A DNA stretch of 64,000 nucleotides from Felis catus. Lineage: Eukaryota. Position numbers and translations under genes: made by a program. The notes beneath the pieces were generated by a model. The model was not told the origin of the DNA, ran no database searches, and saw only the letters and a program-made list of their open reading frames with translations. The stretch covers positions 165,418,001 through 165,482,000 of the forward strand of contig NC_058368.1 of the NCBI RefSeq assembly GCF_018350175.1, given 5' to 3'. Of the stretch, positions 53,698 to 64,000 are shown piece by piece; positions within the stretch are counted from its first letter, which is position 1, and each line of letters begins with the position of its first letter.

Positions 53698-56600
53698 ATG
53701 ACTCTAAACCCATATCTTTCTATAATAACACTGAATATAAATGGACTAAACGCACCAACCAAAAGACATAGGGTATCAGAATGGATAAAAAAACAAGACC
53801 TATCTATTTGCTGTCTACAAGAGACTCATTTTAAGCCTGAGGATACCTTCAGATTGAATGTGAGGGGATGGAGAACTATTTATCAGGCTACTGGAAGTCA
53901 AAAGAAAGCTGGAGTAGCCATACTTATATCAGACAAACTAGACTTTAATGGCTGTAACAAGAGATGAAGAAGGGTATTATATAATAATTACAGGGTCTAT
54001 TCATCAGGAAGAGCTAACAATTATAAATGTCTATGTGCCGAATACGGGAGCCCCCAAATATATAAAACAATTAATCACAAACATAAGCAACCTTATTGAT
54101 AACAATGTGGTAATTGCAGGGGACTTTAATACTCCACTTACAACAATGGATAGATCATCTAGACATACAGTCAATGAAGAAACAAGAGCCCTGAATGATA
54201 CATTGGATCAGATGGACTTGACAGATATATTTAGAACTCTATCCCAAAGCAATGGAATGTACTTTCTTCTCGAGTGCACATGGAACATTCTCCAAGATAG
54301 ATCATATACTGGGTCACAAAAGAGCCCTTCTTCATAAGTATACAAGAATTGAAATCATACCATGCATACTTTCAGACCACAATGCTATGAAGCTTGAAAT
54401 CAACCATAGGAAAAAGTCTAGAAAACCTCCAAAAGCATGGAGGTTAAAGAACACCCTACTAAAGAATGAATGGGCCAACCAGGCAATTAGAGAAGAAATT
54501 AAAAAATATATGGAAACAAACAAAAGTGAAAATACAACAATCCAAACGCTTTGGGACGCAGCGAAGGCAGTCCTGAGAGGAAAATACATTGCAATCCAGG
54601 TCTATCTCAAGAAACGAGAAAAATCCCAAATACAAAATCTAACAGCACACCTAAAGGAAATAGAAGCAGAACAGCAAAGAGAACCTAAACCCAGCAGAAG
54701 AAGAGAAATAATAAAGATCAGAGAAGAAATAAACAGTATAGAATCTAAAAAAAAAACTGTAGAGCAGATCAATGAAACCAAGAGTTGGTTTTTTGAAAAA
54801 AATAAACAAAATTGATAAACTTCTAGCCAGGCTTTTCAAAAAGAAAAGGGAGAGAACCCAAATAGATAAAATCATGAATGAAAATGGAATTATTACAACC
54901 AATCCCTCAGAAATACAAGCAATTATCAGGGAATACTATGAAAAATTATATAGCAACAAACTGGACAACCTGGAAGAAATGGACAAATTCCTAAACACCC
55001 ACACTCTTCCAAAACTGAATCAGGAGGAAATAGAAAGCTTGAACAGACCCATAACCTGTGAAGAAATTGAATCAGTTATCAAAAATCTCCCAACAAATAA
55101 GAGTACAGGACCAGATGGCTTCCCAGGGGAGTTCTACCAGACTTTTAAAGCAGAGATAATACCTATCCTTCTCAAGCTGTTGCCAAAAATACAAAGGGAA
55201 GGAAAACTTCCAGACTCATTCTATGAAGCCAGTATTACTTTGATTCCTAAACCATACAGAAACCCAGTAAAAAAAGAGAACTACAGGGCAATATCCCTGA
55301 TGAATATGGATCCAAAAATTCTCAATAAGATACTAGCAAATCGAATGCAACAGCATATAAAAAGAATTATTCACCATGATCAAGTGGGATTCATTCCTGG
55401 GCTGGTTCAACATTCACAAATCAATCAACACGATATATCACATTAATAAAAGAAAAGATAAGAACCATATGATCCTGTCAATTGATGCAGAAAAAGCATT
55501 TGACAAAATTCAGCATGCTTTCTTAATAAAACCCCTCGAGAAAGTTGGGATAGAAGGAACATATTTAAACATCATAAAAGCCTTTTATGAAAATCCCACA
55601 GCTAACATCATCCTCAATGGGAAAAAACAGAGCTTTTTCCCTGAGATCAGGAAGATGACAGGGATGTCTACTCTCACCGCTGTTTTTTAACATAGTGTTG
55701 GAAGTTCTAGCATCAGCAATCAGACAACAAAAGGAAATCAAAGGCATCAAAATTGGCAAAGATGAAGTCAAGCTTTCATTTTTGCAGATGACATGATATT
55801 ATACATGGAAAATCCGATAGACTTCACCAGGAGTCTGCTAGAACTGATACATGAATTAGCAAAGTTGCAGGATACAAAATCAATGTACAGAAATCAGTTG
55901 CATTCTTATACGCTAATAATGAAAAAAACCAGAAAGACAAATAAAGAAACTGATCCCATTTACAATTGCACCAAGAAGCATGAAATACCTAGGAATAAAT
56001 CTAACCAAAAATGTAAAATATCTGTATGCTGAAAACTATAGAAAGCTGATGAAGGAAATTGAAGAAGATATAAAGAAATGGAAAAACATTCCGTGCTCAT
56101 GGATTGGAAGAATAAATATTGTTAAAATGTCAATACTACCCAAAGCTATCTACACATTCAATGCAATCCCAATCAAAATTGCACCAGCATTCTTCTCGAA
56201 GTTAGAACAAGCAATCCTAAAATTCCTATGGAACCAAAAAAGGCCCCGAATAGCCAAAGTAATTTTGAAGAAGAAGACCAAAGTAGGAAGCATCACAATC
56301 CCAGACTTTAGCCTCTACTACAAAGCTGTCATCATCAAGACAGTATGGTATTGGCATAAAAACAGACACATAGACCAATGGAATAGAATAGAAACCCCAG
56401 ACCTAGACCCACAAATGTATGTCCAACTAATCTTTGACAAAGCAGGAAAGAATATCTAATGGACAGAAGACAGTCTCTTTAACCAATGGTGCTGGGAGAA
56501 TTGGACAGCAACATGCAGAAGGTTGAAACTAGACCACTTTCTTACACCATTCACAAAAATAAACTCAAAATGGATAAAGGACCTGAATGTGAGACAGGAA

Positions 56601-57507
56601 ACCATCAAAACCCTAGAGGAGAAAGCAGGAAAAGATCTCTCTGACCTCAGCCATAGCAATCTCTTACTTGACACGTTTCCAAAGGCAAGGGAAGTAAAAA
56701 CAAAAATGAATTATTGGGACCTCATGAAGACAAAAAGCTTCTGCACAGCAAAGAAAACAACCAACAAAACTAAAAGCCAACCAAGGGAATGGGAAAAGAT
56801 ATTTGCTAATGACATATTGGACAAAGGGCAATATCCCAAATCTATAAAAAGCTCACCAAACTCCACACCAGGAAAACTAATAACCCAGTGAAGAAATGGG
56901 CAGGAAACATGAATAGACACTTCTCTAAAGAAGACATCCGGATGGCCAACAGGCACATGAAAAGATGCTCAACGTTGCTCATCAGGGAAATACAAATCAA
57001 AACCACACTCAGGTATCACCTCACGCCAGTCAGAGTGGCCAAAATGAACAAATCAGGAGACTGTAGATGCTGGAGAGGATGTGGAGAAACGGGAACCCTC
57101 TTGCACTGTTGGTGGGAATGCAAACTGGTGTAGCCACTCTGGAAAACAGTGTGGAGGTTCCTCCCAAAATTAAAAATAGAGCTACCCTACGACCCACAGT
57201 AGCACTGCTAGGAATTTACCCAAGGGATACAGGAGTACTGATGCATAGGGGCACTTGTACCCAAATGTTCATAGCAACACTCTCAACAATAGCCAAATTA
57301 TGGAAAGAGCCTAAATGTCCATCAACTGATGAATGGATAAAGAAATTGTGGTTTATACACACAATGGAGTACTACGTGGCAATGAGAAAGAATGAAATAT
57401 GGCCCTTTGTAGCAACATGGATGGAACTGGAGAGTGTGATGTTATGTGAAATAAGCCATACAAAGAAAGACAGATACCATATGTTTTCACTCTTATGTGG
57501 ACCCTGA
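53698..57507 (+). pseudogene. L1 ORF2p, disrupted
   Basis: MTLNPYLSIITLN to ...YHMFSLLCGP*, split over about eight ORF fragments. Confidence 0.93.
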
Positions 57508-57949
57508 GAAACTTAACAGAAACCCATGGGGGAGGGGAAGGGAAAAAGAAGAGGTTAGAGTGGGAGAGAGCCAAAGCATAAGAGACTCTTAAAAACTGAG
57601 AACAAGCTGAGGGTTTATGGGGGGTGGGAGGGAGGTGAGGGTGGGTGATAGGTATTGAAGAGGGCATCTTTTGTGATGAGCACTAGGTGTTGTACGGAAA
57701 CTAATTTGACAATAAATTTCATATATTAAAAAAAAAGGTGATGGGCATTAAGGAGGGCACTTGTTAGGATGAGCACTTAATTGGAAATCACTAAGTTATA
57801 CTGAAACCATTATTACACTATACATTAACTAAGTTGGAGTTAAATGAAAGAAAAAGAAAAAAAAACCTGACAGTTTCTCCACATACTGCAACACAAATGT
57901 CCTCATAATTATGCAACAACTTGGCAACATTTTTTAACTACTTCTATTC

Positions 57950-58225
57950 CTCTTATGTGACCTTAAGCAAGGGATCAACAGACATTTCTACCTCAACTAT
58001 AGTTATAGCCTCATGGTAGTTTTCCTATGATCAATAAATAGAATAGACAAAGTCTGGAGCTTGGTTCATGGGTAAATGAACTTGATGTACTGGTTTAAGC
58101 TGAAAATAGGCAGCTTTGGAACTGCAGTTCTACTCAAGTGTAGCTCTAAAAAACTCAGTGTTAGGGAGAAATCCTTCCAGTTGGCAGAGCCTTAAGGGGC
58201 ACGCTTGATCATATCCTTTGTGGGA
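57950..58225 (+). mobile_element. ERVL/MaLR internal (RNase H-region) relic
   Basis: GCTTGGTTCATGG and GAGAAATCCTTCCAGTTGGCAGAGC resemble decayed AWFxDG and KSSQWAEL coding sequence. Confidence 0.5.
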
Positions 58226-58239
58226 GAGTTATTGGGCTT

Positions 58240-58787
58240 AAGTCCCATTAAAGTACTCTTTGAGACTCAAGAGAAAATTGAGACAGAAAAGGAAAAGACA
58301 GAAGAGGATAAGGTCATGTGAAGACAGAGGTAGAGACTGGATTGATACAGCTACAAACCAGTGAATATGACAGTCATTAAAAGCTGAAATGGGGGTACTT
58401 TGGGGGCTCAGTAGTTTAAGCATCCAGGTCTTGATTTTGGCTCAGGTTATGATATCTCATGGCTCCTGAGTTCAAGCCCCACGTTTGGCTCTGCATTGAC
58501 AGTGCAGAGACTGCTTGGGATTCTCTCTCTCTGCCTCTCCTCCACTCATGCTTGTGTGCGCTTTCTCTCACGCTCTCTCTCTCAAAATAAACCAATAAAC
58601 TTAAAATTTAAAAGAAAGCTAAAAATACCAAGGAATGGAATCTCCCCTTGAACTCCTAGTAGTGTGGCTTTGATGACACTTGGATTTCTGACTTCTGGCC
58701 GTAACAACTATGAGAAAATACACTGGTGTTGTTTTAAGCCTTTCAGTTTTTGATAATTTATTACAGTAGCTATAAGAAACTAATATA
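58240..58787 (+). mobile_element. MLT1-family MaLR LTR, with a SINE inserted
   Basis: GGTCATGTGAAGACAGAGG...GACTTCTGGCC...TGTTGTTTTAAGCC...GAAACTAATA. Confidence 0.8.
58391..58614 (+). mobile_element. Older CanSINE within MLT1
   Basis: Flanks AAAGCTGAAA and AAAGCTAAAA. Confidence 0.9.
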
Positions 58788-59536
58788 GGTTTAATTTTTT
58801 ATTATGGTGAAACTAAAAATTAATTTCCTAAAAGTTAAATAAATTTATTTAGAATTTAGTTAGTCAAAGTAATCCAATTTCTAGTGGCATTTTAAAAATT
58901 AATACAATCATACCTTATAATCCCTTATAAACTCTTTTGAAAAGGAGTTACATTTTTCCTCCCTTCTTTTCTTTGCTCCCTTCTTTCCTTTGTTCTAGAG
59001 GGTTTAAATGTCTGGCAGCTTCTTAGAGAAAATTTACTATTAAAACTTGAGTTCACCTGTTCAGAAATAATAAAAAAGAAGTGTCAAGTACAGGAAAAAG
59101 ATAAAGTTGATTTCAACTGTGGTCCTCAAAGAATGTTGCTGAAATATAATTTGCACGTATTTTCATTGTGACAATGAATTTTTATAGCACTATCTAGAGT
59201 ATTAATAATTACATGACTCAATTATTCACTAAACCATTGTTCAATGCCAAAAAAATAGTAGCCAAAACAGATGGCAGCTACAAAAGCTCCTTTGCTTAGA
59301 ATAAATTATATACAGAAAAAGAGTACTTACTGTGTATGCCTGCTATTTGGACCAAAAAGATGGGCACATTGGCAAAGAAATTTTGATGAGATCCCTTAAA
59401 TTTTATAGAATAGAAAATATGATGATGTCTTACAAAGCTAAGAATTATTCCTATATTTTCTGTTACATAGCTGATTCTAAATTATTGCTAATTAACTCTT
59501 GACATGGTTATAAATTACAAAGGAATCATTATTATC

Positions 59537-59610
59537 TTTTATTTAAGTCTACTTATTTATTTTGAGAGAGAGAGAGAGAGCAAAAAAGTAGGGGAGGGGT
59601 AGAGAGAAAG

Positions 59611-59667
<57 letters not shown>

Positions 59668-59696
59668 CCTAAGCAGGCTCTGCACTGTCAGTGCAG
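59537..59696 (-). mobile_element. 3' half of a CanSINE with long (AG)n
   Basis: T-rich tail, (AG)n at about 59615-59663, ends at AAGCAGGCTCTGCACTGTCAGTGCAG. Confidence 0.85.
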
Positions 59697-59700
59697 GTGT

Positions 59701-59840
59701 GGGTGGGTGGCTCAATCGGTTAAGCCACCAACTCTTGGTTTCCTTTCAGTTCATGATCTTGTGGTTCCTGAGTCTAGCCCTGCAGTCACTCACTCACTCT
59801 CTCTCTCTCTCAAAATGGGTAAAGAAACTTAAAAAGAAAA
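59701..59840 (+). mobile_element. CanSINE with internal deletion
   Basis: GGGTGGCTCAATCGGTTAAG...AGCCCTGCA joined directly to (CT)n and tail. Confidence 0.8.
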
Positions 59841-61699
59841 CATACATAAGAGAAATTATGATAGTTGGTCAAGGATCATTGTATATCAAACAAAATATTA
59901 CAATATGCAGTTGAACTCAAGCAAATATTGTCTGTATGGTCTTTGTTAAAATAGTACTTAGGCTTCTGGATTTTTTTTTTCTTTGCCTTTAGTTGATAAT
60001 ATTTGCTACAACCTTTCCTCAAAAGATTCCTTCCTCCCAGATTTTTCTTTCACATCAAGGAAAATATGCCAAACATAGTTTAAACTATTTTATGCCATTG
60101 GCTATACTGGTCAAGTATTTTATTCAATAAGGATTAAAGCATTAATGAGGATATGAGGAAGGATCTGTCGGAACATGTAAGGGTCTCTGTGAAACAACAA
60201 TACAGTCACAGTATCCTGTAGATTATTGAATAATAGGGTGTCTCCTGCTTTTAATTTAGGATTGAAATTTACCATTTGGCTTTACACTCCTTCCTTAGCA
60301 ATTGCCCTATTAATAGTCAATCTGAGGAATCATGTGGATAAGTACTCTCAAGTTGGTATATTTAGTTTCCTCATAAGGGGTTTCAATAGTACTTCTGATG
60401 GTAATAGCAGTAATAATTGCTTCATTCTAGAGGGATTATATTGAGTTAAAAATGTTTTATATATCAGAAAAAAATACCTATTTGCAAGTGGATAAAGTAT
60501 GTCATCCTCACTTTGTTTGCATGTGCAGTTATGAGAAAATCTTAAGACTGTCCAGGATAATTATCATAATTCAGTATTGCTAATACAGTATTTTACAAGG
60601 AAATAAAATGAGTTTTTCTGTGTATGACACAAATGCATATTTAGTGTCATTAGTTATTGAGGATTTTAAAAAATTGTTTTAGCAAAGCTTAAAGCTATAT
60701 TCTAGGCTTCTTAGAAGGTAGGAATTCTGAAATAAGGCCTATTATAGGAGTGAAATGATAATACTCCTCACTCATCTTGTCATACAGTTATTTTTATGGA
60801 ACTAAATGCACAATCTACTATAGTATGATTTCTTAACCAAATATGATTTAGCTAAATATGTTAGTAAACTAAACAAAGGAGAATTCGTTAACTCTTTCAG
60901 GAGCATACAACGCAATTTAAAGTGCTATCAGGCACCACAATGTGAACAATCAGTAGCAAAAGGGCATGTGAACAATCTTCCATGGTCAATTATTTATGAG
61001 TCAGACATTCTTTAGATTTTTAATTTACTAAAAAGTACACTATTATTTATAAATCTTTAAGGTTTAGCAAATTTGCTTTCAAGTGTGTAGAGCAGAATTC
61101 AATTTCAACTATGTCCTGAACATCAGGGGGTATACCTTTCCTGGACTACTTTTTTTTTCTGCCGCCACATTTTAGGGCCACTTGGGATCAGGACACAGAA
61201 AATTCAGTTACCTGAAGAGAGTATGATGGGGAGTGCCTTTGTATTTGAAGAGATCATGTTTTTGAATACCATATTTTTATTTTTGGGAAAGATTCATCTA
61301 TTTCTAGTTTCTTAAGAACAGAAAATTGCTTTTCTGTTCTGCAAAGGTAAAACTGATTGTTACTCTATTTCCTTGTTCTTAGACATACATGTTGCACAGA
61401 TTCCTTATTTTATACTACTACCAATCACTTTCTGAACTGCCAGATGAAACATTTTTTTAATTTAAAATTAAATTTTCCAAGGAAAATACAACGGTAAAGA
61501 ATTATAGATTTTTTTAACATTATCTGTTCATTTTAGACAATAATTTTCAGTCCTGGCTATATGCTAATCTTTAATCTTTACAAGATCTTGGCTTTTAAAA
61601 ATAGAGATCTCTCATATTAAGATTTAAAGAAATAGTATTACATTGTATTTACTATTTTGTAACATTTGTTAGTCCACATTTTGCCTCTAAATTTCATTC

Positions 61700-63790
61700 A
61701 TTAATTCAGTTGTAATTTATTTTCATTCTTGAATTATAATTTACCACAGCATAATTATCTATTCTCTACTGAAAAGATTTTATGACCAGTTACAGTTCTA
61801 GTGTTTTGTTATTACAAGTGATGTTTCTATGCATATGTCTGTACATGTCCTTGGAATACACATATCTGAAGGTTTGATTACTGAGCCATCCAGTTGATGT
61901 TCAACCACAGAAAATAATGCCAGATTGTATTTTCAAAGAAGTTGCTGCAGTCTAACTTCATACAGCAATTTGCCTATTGCTCTAATTGCTCAACACTTGA
62001 AATGATAAAAATTTTTATTTATTTTTTATAATTTTAGTTAGTATAGAGTAATCATTTACTATAGTCTTTATTTTCATTTCCCTAATTTCCTATGAAAGTA
62101 TATTTCTTTCCACATGCTTCAATGCATCCACTATCACCTTATGTTTAGAGGCAAATTTAGGAGTCTTATTAGGGCTCAGATATTACACGGTCTCCAAACT
62201 ACTTTAAAATATTTTATATTGACAGTAGAAAATGTATGCATGCTGTTTTAATTGAATTACTGAGGTATAATTTATATAATAACGTGTATCATTATCACAC
62301 TTTGCTGACCTTATCAGTATACCTTTGTGTAACCACAAATATACTCAAGATATAGAGCATTTTACTCATCCTAACAAAGCTCCCTTGTGACCCTCCCTAT
62401 TAAATCCCTTCCCATTGCAAGTTCCAGTCACCACATAGATAATAACTGTGCCGTAATACAAATCTCAATTATACAGAGTATATTTAGGACCAACCATATT
62501 GAATAACACAGAGATATGAAAAACGCACAAAAATTTATATATTGCATACCAAACCTAAATGGTTTATGAACAAATAGAAATTATCATAGAAATAAAATAT
62601 TTTGAATTCTAAGCCCTTGGAAAGATGGAAAGATGTGTATCCTGCTTTATTGGTGGTGGTAGCATTGAGCTACAAATGTTAAATAGGTTACTTTATTTAT
62701 TAAAGTTGAATTCTTCTATAACCATACTGATCTTCTATTATTCAATGTCTAAGAGAGGAGTATTGAATTATGGTCTAATTTTGTCATGCATGTAAAGCTT
62801 TGTAGTGGATTCAAATACTTAAATTAGTTAGGTTTTCTGAATGAGTCAAATCCATTGTCATCAACTTTTTCTTGTAACATTCCTTGTTCCGAAGCCCAAT
62901 TTGTAGGATATTATAGTCACTCTTTCTTATGCAGAATATTTTCAGGGTACATGCATTTATATCCTTTTAAACTTTATCTATGTATTTTTATTTTTTAATT
63001 TTATTTTTGTTTATGAAGACAACCAATAATCCTGGCTTTCTTTTTACACAATATGACAATTTAAATTTTCTACTTGATGTGTTAATGGTTATTTGGATCA
63101 TTTGCAATTAATAGAATTTTGGATTTGATAGGATTGAACCCTATTACATTGCTGTATTCTACTTGTTCTTTGTTCTCTCTTCCTCCTTTTGAGTAAATTA
63201 ATTATTGTCAAACACATTTTTCATAGTTTTAAAGTGTATTTTAACTTATAATTATGAAATTCTATTACTTCACACATATCAGAACTTCCAATAGTATCAT
63301 CGTATTTACCTCCGTTTGTAATACTGCCATGATTCACTTTCACTGCTACACATTAGAAATATCTTGACATATTTTTGCTTTTAGCAGCAACTAAGTTTTA
63401 ATGAAATTAAATAGGAAAATATAATTGACATTTACTTCACAGTAATGATCCCTATCAGACTTCATTTATCCCAATTTCTATTTGCAGTTCTGCTAGGTAT
63501 CTTTATTTCACATTCACTTTGAACGTTTTTTTTTCTGGTAGAGAATTTTAACTTAATGGACCTTTCTTCTACCCACAGGACTTTAACATTTTTAAAATGT
63601 TATTGTCTTCATGTTTGCATAGTTTGACAAATCTGCTATCTTTCACATCTATGTTACTCATTTTTGCACTGTTAAGATTTTATCTTTGTCACATGTTTGC
63701 ACTAGTTTTAGTATGGTGGATCTTAGTTTGGTGTTCTTTTTTCCTTGTTTAGGTTCTATGATATTCTTGAATTAGTGTTTAGTCATAGTG
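61700..63790 (-). mobile_element. Very old L1M fragments (T-rich, mostly antisense)
   Basis: Antisense L1 3'-end-like segments near 61720-62120 and 62245-62440, and ORF-region-like T-rich sequence beyond 62640. Confidence 0.5.
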
Positions 63791-63821
63791 TTTTAAATTT
63801 TAGTCAAACTTAGATAATAGA

Positions 63822-64000
63822 ATTCCAGTTCAAGATGGTAACGTGAGGTAGTTAGACTCTGAACTCATCTCCTCCATGCAACATACCAGTTTACACCAAT
63901 TAATAGAACAATTCCCCTTGAGGAAGAACTGAGGGGTGACTGAACAGCTACAGGACAACCAAAGATAACGAGAATGGCAAGAGAATTGTAAGAGAGACAG
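63822..64000 (+). mobile_element. Start of another L1 5'UTR (runs off the window)
   Basis: CAAGATGGTAACG...CTGAACTCATCTCCTCC parallels AAGATGGCAG...CTGAGCTTATCTCATCC at 35088. Confidence 0.7.

Larger units (their letters stand above)
51827..57735 (+). mobile_element. Full-length felid LINE-1, more decayed than the 13260 copy
   Basis: 5'UTR homologous to 13260-14190; ORF1, 50-nt spacer, ORF2, 3'UTR, A tail; 18-bp TSD AGGTGA(C/T)GGGCATTAAGG at 51809-51826 and 57736-57753. Confidence 0.97.

Noticed and set aside
60120..60190. Minus-strand acceptor followed by a short ORF and AATAAA (terminal-exon-like)
   Set aside because: Very short, expected by chance in AT-rich DNA, and no linked upstream exon.
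61136..61211. Minus-strand AG/GT-bounded exon-like segment
   Set aside because: Stops in all three frames; at most a non-coding exon, with no supporting evidence.
1..64000. CRISPR array, operon or other prokaryotic system
   Set aside because: No regular repeat-spacer array or dense coding; the sequence is mammalian repeat-rich DNA.

Overview
Mammalian genomic DNA, almost certainly from a cat-family (Felidae) genome, judged from the felid-type CanSINEs and L1s recognised by eye. It is AT-rich, with no gene I can name. By my boundaries roughly 27 kb is carnivore/felid LINE-1, nearly all on the + strand. Two full-length felid L1s (13260-19211 and 51827-57735) have TSDs, and each is nested inside an older L1. 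There is also one near-full-length older carnivore L1 (35082-41840), about 20 CanSINEs, ancient MIR/L2/MLT/hAT relics, microsatellites and a 39-nt U6 snRNA pseudogene fragment. The long ORFs are L1 ORF1/ORF2 pieces or their antisense shadows, and none of the L1s is intact. The only non-repeat candidates are a repeat-poor island (about 29.8-35.1 kb) with exon-like segments on the minus strand, which I cannot assign to a known protein. I found no convincing novel biological system. The findings are mostly retrotransposition structures plus one speculative spliced gene model. Repeat family names come from recalled consensus motifs, not from a database search.
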